This document shows, piece by piece, positions 39,207 through 45,925 of a stretch of 64,000 nt of DNA (positions within the stretch are counted from its first letter, which is position 1; each line of letters starts with the position of its first letter). The stretch lies in NCBI GenBank assembly GCA_963790995.1, contig CAWBQQ010000001.1, positions 514,034 through 578,033 on the forward strand, read 5' to 3'. The notes below the pieces were generated by a model. It was not told the origin of the DNA and did not search any database. It saw nothing but the letters and a program-made list of their open reading frames with translations. The position numbers and the translations under genes were made by a program. This DNA is from an uncultured Bacteroidota bacterium (GTDB lineage: Bacteria > Bacteroidota > Ignavibacteria > Kryptoniales > JAKASW01).

Positions 39207-39854
39207 CTAATGGCCATTTAGTAGACTGTCAGAGCTTGGGGGATAGGAACCCCATGCCTCGTGTTGCCAATCGTAGTTACCAACAGTTGGCATTTTTCCG
39301 TTCAGCTTAGCCTTTGAGAAGATATAAAAGTCAATATATTTGGTGTTTGCATCCCAATGGGCCTGAAACTGCTTTACAGAGGCAGCGATGTTGTCGTGCG
39401 AGAAATAATTACGATAATCCATGTAGACCCTATCGTTGTAGTGTGAAACGACTTTTACTATGTTTGTGTCTGAGTCAAGAGTGTAAACCACTACCGTGGG
39501 CGGTCCCGCTTCAAGGCTCACGAACAGGGAATCATCGGAATCATAATGGGTCTCAATGACTTGGTTCCTTTGATAGGCGAACGTGACGTAGGGCGTAAAA
39601 TCAGCCTCTCCACAGTTGCACGTGTGGCCGTGGTCCGTGAACCTGATAGATTGGACGCGGTGCTTGCTGTCGACCTTCTCGACAACGTAGTATCGAGTTT
39701 CAGGAGTTAGAGCAATATCCCATTGGGTGAGCACAGGATCACTGTCGGTATTGGAGAAGGCGTGATAATATGTTCGAACCTGCGCCCGCGTAGCGGATGA
39801 AGCAACCAAGAAAGCGAGTGTGAATAAAGCTAGCTTCAGTATTCGGCTACTCAT
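39207..39854 (-). CDS. Hypothetical secreted protein (215 aa)
   Basis: Signal peptide MSSRILKLALFTLAFLVASSATRA from ATG 39854. The ORF track start is 39872. Confidence 0.6.
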   Translation of the reverse strand: MSSRILKLALFTLAFLVASSATRAQVRTYYHAFSNTDSDPVLTQWDIALTPETRYYVVEKVDSKHRVQSIRFTDHGHTCNCGEADFTPYVTFAYQRNQVIETHYDSDDSLFVSLEAGPPTVVVYTLDSDTNIVKVVSHYNDRVYMDYRNYFSHDNIAASVKQFQAHWDANTKYIDFYIFSKAKLNGKMPTVGNYDWQHEAWGSYPPSSDSLLNGH

Positions 39855-40028
39855 CTTTTCCTCGTTGAACAATTAGCGAATTGCGTATAACTACTGGAAA
39901 AACGCACCTAAGTATGTTTTTGTCCTTAATGAACGCCTCTCCTCTACTCGATCGTAGACCTGACTTCATGCTTTCCCTCACTCTCAAATTTATCCCTTCC
40001 ATCCATGAAATTCAAATCGCGTAACATG

Positions 40029-40526
40029 TTAGGTCACTTCTTCTTTAGATGCCCATCTTGACGGATTGTCTATGATGTATTTGCGTGTGCGATTCAATTC
40101 ATCGTCGTTCCGAATTATATGTTCATAGTAATTGCGCTGCCAAACGGAGACGCCGCCTGCACCACGTATTTCATTAATGCGGCGTGCGGAAAATGTTTTG
40201 AATGCTCGAACAATTTCCGATAATGGATAATGTTTATATGATAACGCATTTGTAGGGGCAGGTTTCAAACCTGCCCCTACCATGGTTGATTCATCATCAT
40301 CCATAATGATAATTATTCCATGTACATGATTCGGCATCACGACAAATTCATCTAATTCAACGTTCGGATAATGATTAGGCAAATCAACCCACGCATCTTG
40401 TACAATTAAGCCAAATTCGTTTAATCGCATTTCCATGTCGATAATTTCACCAAAGATACATTCGTGTTTGAATGCATCAATCGTTACAAAATATCCACCT
40501 TGCTGTGAATAATCGTACCCCTTCAA
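40029..40526 (-). CDS. REP-associated tyrosine transposase (RAYT; IS200/Y1-transposase-like HUH enzyme)
   Basis: HUH motif MPNHVHGII and catalytic Tyr context WQRNYYEHIIR. 165 aa, single gene with no tnpB. Confidence 0.85.
   Translation of the reverse strand: MKGYDYSQQGGYFVTIDAFKHECIFGEIIDMEMRLNEFGLIVQDAWVDLPNHYPNVELDEFVVMPNHVHGIIIIMDDDESTMVGAGLKPAPTNALSYKHYPLSEIVRAFKTFSARRINEIRGAGGVSVWQRNYYEHIIRNDDELNRTRKYIIDNPSRWASKEEVT
40252..40280. repeat. REP-type perfect palindrome inside the RAYT ORF
   Basis: GTAGGGGCAGGTTT-C-AAACCTGCCCCTAC with 14-nt arms. It encodes VGAGLKPAPT between the HUH and Tyr motifs. Confidence 0.7.
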
Positions 40527-40582
40527 TCGAATCGAACGGCGATGGTGAATGTGCGGATCCTATTTCATGATATTTTTCTTTT

Positions 40583-40611
40583 GTACGGGCGGGTTTAAAA
40601 CCCGCCCATAC
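40583..40611. repeat. REP-type palindrome, second copy, 57 nt upstream of the RAYT start
   Basis: GTACGGGCGGGTTT-A-AAACCCGCCCATAC. The A>G change in one arm is matched by T>C in the other relative to the first copy. Confidence 0.7.
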
Positions 40612-40618
40612 CATCATA

Positions 40619-41350
40619 TCACTTCTTCACCTTCTTTGCTGCTTTCGTTGCGGCAGCCTTTTTCGGCGCGCTGCGCTGCGCCTTCGTCTTCGTGGTGCGG
40701 GCGGCTATTCCAAGCTTCGTCAGCGCCCCTTTGTTATTCGCCAGCGCTATCTTCGCTATGTTGATGTACTGGCTCATCCACGTCTTCAATTCACCGACCG
40801 CATCCTTCTTGCCCGACGTCGATTGTTTCGCCGTGCCTTTCGCCTTGACTTCGGCGTCATACTCGCTCTCGAAATCGAGTATCTTCTGCTTTTCGGATGT
40901 CAGCGTTGCAACGCTGTAATTATACTTCGCAAGCGCGGTCTTGATCTCGTCATCCGCCAATGCGTTGTTGAAGAGCGTCTTGCCCGATTCAATGAACCCC
41001 GCAATGGTTCGCGGCATTTCGCCATTCAATCCTAATTTCACCAATTGCTCTTTCTGACCCCTGAATTCCGTGCGCGCGATTTTTGCAAGCGATTCGTAAG
41101 CCGTCTCCGCTGTCTTTCTCAGCGACTTCGCTTGATCCGTCTCTTCCTCTTCCGCACCTTTGGTTTTTTCCCGCGTGTCAACCGAATCGTTTGCGGCGTC
41201 CAACAGCGCCTGCCCCTGGTTCAGCTTGTCGGTAGTGTAGCCATAATTACCTACTGCCGCCTGGATTTCTTCGTCCGAAAGTGAATTTTTGATGATCGTT
41301 CCGCACCTTTTCAGGTATGCGGCAATTGCGTTCGATAGTCGTTTTGCCAT
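40619..41350 (-). CDS. Hypothetical protein with internal duplication and Lys/Ala-rich basic tail
   Basis: Two repeats of about 110 aa (SDEEIQAAVGNYGYTTDKL... / ADDEIKTALAKYNYSVATL...). C-terminus TKTKAQRSAPKKAAATKAAKKVKK. Confidence 0.6.
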   Translation of the reverse strand: MAKRLSNAIAAYLKRCGTIIKNSLSDEEIQAAVGNYGYTTDKLNQGQALLDAANDSVDTREKTKGAEEEETDQAKSLRKTAETAYESLAKIARTEFRGQKEQLVKLGLNGEMPRTIAGFIESGKTLFNNALADDEIKTALAKYNYSVATLTSEKQKILDFESEYDAEVKAKGTAKQSTSGKKDAVGELKTWMSQYINIAKIALANNKGALTKLGIAARTTKTKAQRSAPKKAAATKAAKKVKK

Positions 41351-41538
41351 TTTTGACTCCTTCTTAAAAAGAATTTACTTCGGTTCATTTTAGTTTGATT
41401 TTAGCCGTCCCCGCATCGACGCGGCGGCGGAGTGAGACCTACCTCTTCATTGACCTATTTTCCCTTAAAATATGCCTAAATCGACACATTCCGATTTAAG
41501 CACGTTGTTTTTTGCCTGATTAACCCTCCTTTCCATCT

Positions 41539-41748
41539 GGTGCGGCTCCCATTGTGTTCGGTGCAGCTCCCATTCTGTATGGTGCATGTTCCATCGCGTT
41601 CGGCGCGGCTCCCATTCTGTTTGGTGCATCTTCCATCGCGTCAGGCGCAGCTTTCATTTTGTCCGGTGCACGTCGCATCGCATTCGGTGCATCTCCCATT
41701 TTCTCCGGTGCATGTCTCATCGCGTTTGGTGCATCTCCCTTTGAATTG
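41539..41748. repeat. Tandem repeat, 21 nt x 10
   Basis: Units GGTGCRNCTCCCATNNNGTTN. Open in at least three frames. On the minus strand it reads the heptad AP(N/D)xMxx within ORF 41520-41900. Confidence 0.85.
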
Positions 41749-41966
41749 AACACCGCCGCATCGATGACATTGTGGCACTTCGGAATGTCATTGCATCTAG
41801 CTCTTGAAGAGGAAGCGAAGCCATGCCTCGCTGCCGCCGTTCCCTGATACATACTGTGCAGCCACGATGTTAATTTACGAGATGGATATGGCAAATGCAA
41901 ACAAAAGATAGTGGATCGGTTTGGTTCTCTTTTGTAAAGCTGCGGTTAAACCGCAAAGGACAAACC

Positions 41967-42139
41967 GGGTGGTGTCCTAATTTGATTTGTATTTCGTAGA
42001 GCGATCAAATAAACCGCAAAGGTCACGAAGGTGCACAAAGATTGTCATCAGAAAAACATACTTAGCGACTCTTGGCGATCATTGCGGTTAAAAAGTGTCT
42101 CTGGAATTCGTGGAGAATTGAAATTAGGGCACTACCCGC
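41967..42139. mobile_element. MITE-like element, copy 2 (173 bp)
   Basis: GGGTGGTGTCCTAATTTGATTT ... AAATTAGGGCACTACCCGC. Shares the TIRs and the AAACCGCAAAG / TTGCGGTTAA internal repeats with copy 1. Confidence 0.6.
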
Positions 42140-42270
42140 TTGTCAAGTTTCTTGTATATGGCTCATGGAGACGCACGGTCTCGTCAGCCCGCTGCATCAT
42201 GGACTGACGGACCTAATTACTCATCGCTTCCCAATAAAGCGAGATCAGTATCGTTATCTGTAGCAGCCGC

Positions 42271-43819
42271 TCATTTCAGAAGCAAAAGCTTCATCGTCTT
42301 AGTGTAATTTCCTGCCTGAAGCCTGTAGAAGTACACCCCGCTCGGCAATCTCTCTGCATTGAACGTGCTCTTGTAATATCCTGCACTTTGTTTTTCATTG
42401 ATAAGGGTAGCCACCTCTCTGCCAAGTACGTCGTAAACTTTCAGCGTTACGTAACTGTTCACTGGCAATTGATAACTGATCATTGTAGAAGGGTTGAACG
42501 GGTTCGGATAATTCTGGTAAAGAGAATATTTCTCGGGTGTTTCGGAGCCATTTTCCTTAACAGCCGTTGTCATCTCAGAAAGCGGCCGCCTCCAGATGCC
42601 GCTGGAAACTGTCGCTGCAAAGAGGTTTGTGCCTTTGACAACAAGAGAAATTACATTCTGGTCGATCAGCCCGGAGTTAACGTTAGTCCAGCTTTTGCCG
42701 TTATTGGTGGAAAGAAAAACGCCTCCGCCAGTCGCGGCAAAGAGGTTCGTGGAGCCTGCCCCGCCGGAGGCGGGAGAAACCGCAAAAGCACTAATTGTAT
42801 CTTTTGTCAATCCGGCGGCAGTCCAGCTTGCACCGTTGTTGGTCGATAGAAAAACGCCGCCAAAAGTGCCGAGAAAGATATTACCGGTGGAGACGGCAAA
42901 AGCTTCTACAACAGTCCCCGCGGGCAATCCTGAATTGATCCCTGTCCAGTTTGCACCACTGTTGGTCGAAAGAAAAACGCTGTCACTTGTGCCGGCAAAG
43001 ATATTCAGGCCCGAGACGGCAAAAGCGCCCACAAAAGCGTTTGATGGCAATCCTGAATTTACCGCAGTCCAGCCTGTGCCGTTATTAGTGGACAAAAAGA
43101 CACCACCGCCATTAGTCCCGGCAAAGATATTCGCGCCTGAGGCGTCAAGGGAGTAGACATTTTTGTTCGTCAACCCTGTGTTAACAGCTTTCCAGCTTGT
43201 ACCGTTATTCGTCGAGAGATAGACACCGGCACCATAGCCCGCGGCAAAGAGATTCGTGTCGGAGATTGCAAAAGCATCGGGAACACAGGTTGTTGGAAAT
43301 CCTGAATTGACCTGAGTCCAGTTCACGCCGTCGTTCGTCGATAGGAAGACGCCGTTGTAATCGGCACCGGCAAAGAGGTCTGGGCCGGAGGCGATGGTAC
43401 TACTAATAGAAACGTCCGGCACGCCGACTTGAGTCCAGCCTGTGCCGTTGTTGGTGGAGAGAAAGACACCGCCGCCATTTGTTCCGGCAAAGAGACTCGT
43501 GCCGGAAAAGGCGAGAGAGCCCACTGTTGTATTTGTCAAGCCTGTATTGACTGATGTCCAGCTTGTGCCATTATTTGTCGATAGATAAACGCCGTCACCT
43601 GAAGTCCCGGCAAAGAGGTTCGGGCCCGATGCAGCAAGAGCCTTGACGGTAACATTTGGCAAGCCCGAATTGACCGCAGTCCAGCTTGTGCCATTGTTTG
43701 TTGAAAGAAAGACTCCTCCTCCGGCAGTCCCTGCGAATAGGTTTTTTCCGGAGAAGACAAGGGCACCGACATTCTTGTTGGTCAAGCCGGCGGTATCTGC
43801 TGTCCAGCTTGTCCCGTTG
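42271..43819 (-). pseudogene. C-terminal fragment of a BNR-like propeller / T9SS protein split by an IS
   Basis: Repeat units from NGTSWTADTAGL onward plus the T9SS tail. The first ~100 residues of track ORF 42271-44145 are antisense to the IS transposase. Confidence 0.8.
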
Positions 43820-45252
43820 ATATTTACAAAAAGGTCTCCTTTGAGTCGAGAGAAATAGTTATGATTAGTTGTCAAATGAAAACCATAAAACAACTCACAA
43901 ACCCAAAGGAGAAAGCCATGTTGTACACCGGTATCGATCTTCATCGAAGAATTATCGCTCTCTGCACCGTCAATGACGGTGGAACCGTTATCGCAAGAAC
44001 TAAAATAAAAACAGACCCTCAAGCTATTCTCACCTATTTTCACCAATGGCCTGAGCCGCATCGTGCCGTCGTAGAATCTACTACCGGCTGGTACTGGTTC
44101 TGCGACCTTCTTCATTCTGCCGGTATCGATATTATTCTCGCTCATGCAAAGTATTTAAAAGCCATCTCATATGCAAAAGTCAAAACCGACGCCGTCGATG
44201 CTCACACTCTCGCTCAACTCCTTCGTATGGGCTTTGTTCCGGAAGCTCACCAGCTCCCTATCGAATATCGACCCCTTCGCGATCTCCTTCGTCAACGAAT
44301 GGTCATGGAACACAAACGTACCAATATCATCCAACGAGTCGCAAGCATCCTCGCTCAATTTAACATCGCTCCTGTACCTGTCTCTCCTTATAAACCAGCC
44401 TTTGCTCAGTTCCTCGAAAGCTTATCTCTTCCTGAAGAGTACCGTATGACGCTCTCTTTCTATCACCAGCAATGTCTACAAACTACCAACCATAGAAAAG
44501 AACTCGAGAAATACTTCGAATCTCGTCTCAGGAAAACTCCTACTGTCCAGCTGCTCATGTCCATACCGGGCATCGGGGACATCTCCGGCTCTATCATCGC
44601 CATGGAGACTGGTGACATCCATCGCTTTGCTGATGCTAAACATTACTCGTCGTACTGTCGCCTCGCTCCTGGAGCAAAAGACTCAGGAGGTAAATACAGT
44701 CACCGTTCCGGTTCCAAAGATGGAAACGAATATCTCAAGTATGCTTTCACAGAGGTCGCGATTAAAGCCATGATGTTTTATCCTGAGATAAAACAGTTTG
44801 CACAACGTGTCGAACATCGTTCCAACAAAACTATCGCTCGTACTGTCGTTGCTAAAGAACTCGCTAAGTGTGCTTATTATGTCCTAGCTAAACAAGAAGA
44901 ATTTAAAACTTTTAAAGGCATCAAGATCGATAAGCTTCGTGACTGGCCTCGTGCCCGCAAGCCCGTGCGCCTAACTGGAGATGCTCCTATTTCTCCCATC
45001 GGTTGATTGGGATACGGGCACGTCGCCGATTAAACATCTGGGATAGTCTGCCATTATACAATCCATGGCAGCATAAGCCCGATAAAGTGTTTGGGACCAG
45101 TCCCGAAGTAATAGAGTCCCCAGCTGCGATGCCTTCTCGGCGGCCCGTGCAACTTACGATCTCTGCCGTCAAATTGTTAATGAACTATCGCCATCGCTAT
45201 TAAAGCGATGAAGGGGGAATTTTGTCTCTTGACTCGGACCTTTTATAAAGTG
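43820..45252 (+). mobile_element. IS110/IS1111-family insertion sequence (1433 bp)
   Basis: Deleting 43820-45252 rejoins ...GVFLSTN|NGTSWTADT... in frame (563+1549 nt = 704 codons). Subterminal inverted repeats TTTACAAAAAGGTC..GAGTCGAGAGAAA / TTTGTCTCTTGACTC..GACCTTTTATAAA. No clear target duplication (at most TG). Confidence 0.85.
43918..45006 (+). CDS. IS110-family DEDD transposase
   Basis: MLYTGIDLHRR N-terminus, C-terminal IPGIGDISGSIIAMETGDIHRF (Transposase_20-like). RBS AAAGGAG. Confidence 0.9.
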   Translation: MLYTGIDLHRRIIALCTVNDGGTVIARTKIKTDPQAILTYFHQWPEPHRAVVESTTGWYWFCDLLHSAGIDIILAHAKYLKAISYAKVKTDAVDAHTLAQLLRMGFVPEAHQLPIEYRPLRDLLRQRMVMEHKRTNIIQRVASILAQFNIAPVPVSPYKPAFAQFLESLSLPEEYRMTLSFYHQQCLQTTNHRKELEKYFESRLRKTPTVQLLMSIPGIGDISGSIIAMETGDIHRFADAKHYSSYCRLAPGAKDSGGKYSHRSGSKDGNEYLKYAFTEVAIKAMMFYPEIKQFAQRVEHRSNKTIARTVVAKELAKCAYYVLAKQEEFKTFKGIKIDKLRDWPRARKPVRLTGDAPISPIG

Positions 45253-45815
45253 TTAGTTGAGAGAAACACGCCGGCATTAGTCCCGGCAAAGGCATTTATG
45301 CCGGAGAATGCAAAAGCATTTATAATCATCGGGGACAAGCTTCCAGTCCAGCTTGTGCCGTTGTTCGTCAACACAAAAACGCCGCCGCCGTAGCCGCCAT
45401 AGGTTCCGACAAACAGATTGGCTCCTGATAGGGCAAGAACATCGATAATGTTGCTCGTCAGCCCGTTATTGACCGCAGTCCAGCTTGTGCTGTTGTCGGT
45501 CGAGAGAAACATCCCAGCACGATTGACGCCGGCAAACAGATTCGTGCCTGAGAGAACAACTCCCATGACATTCAAGCTTGTCAACCCTGTACCGGGCAAC
45601 GCACTCCAGTTTGTACCGTTGTTCGTCGATAGGAAGACGCCGTTGCCAAAAGCTCCGGCATAGATGTTCGTGCCGGAAACGAAAAAAGAATTGACATCGC
45701 CGCCGTAAGGACCTGTTTGGATCCATTGAGCTTGCAATGAATTCGTGCTGGTGAATAGACAAAATACCACAAACAAGAATCCGTCGCAGCGGACATACTG
45801 TAAAATGTTTTTCAT
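45253..45815 (-). pseudogene. N-terminal fragment of the IS-split BNR-like propeller protein
   Basis: MKNILQYVRCDGFLFVVFCLFTSTNSLQAQW signal peptide as in the two intact paralogues. RBS AGGAGG. Confidence 0.8.
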
Positions 45816-45925
45816 TTGTTCCTCCTTATGTGAAACAATAATGAGCTGCGTCAGCAAACGAAGGAATATTGTCATTCCGAACCTCGTCATGTCTCACATC
45901 TTTTGTTGTTAGTCACCTCTCCAGA

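Noticed and set aside
41539-41748. Possible CRISPR array.
   Set aside because: The units are contiguous 21-mers with no spacers, and there are no cas genes in the window. It is a tandem repeat.
42596-43156. Long plus-strand ORFs with VPLLVERKTPPP-type repeats. The same kind occurs at 9797-10201, 43643-43858, 45418-45663, 46746-46940, 48096-48290, 49463-49645 and 50420-50824.
   Set aside because: They are antisense shadows of the highly repetitive STNNGTSW-coding genes. The minus-strand frames have signal peptides, RBSs and T9SS tails.
43820-44145. N-terminal ~100 residues of track ORF 42271-44145 (MSENNIDTGRMKKV...).
   Set aside because: This part is antisense to the IS110 transposase gene. 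The ORF is a chimera created by the insertion, not a real N-terminus.
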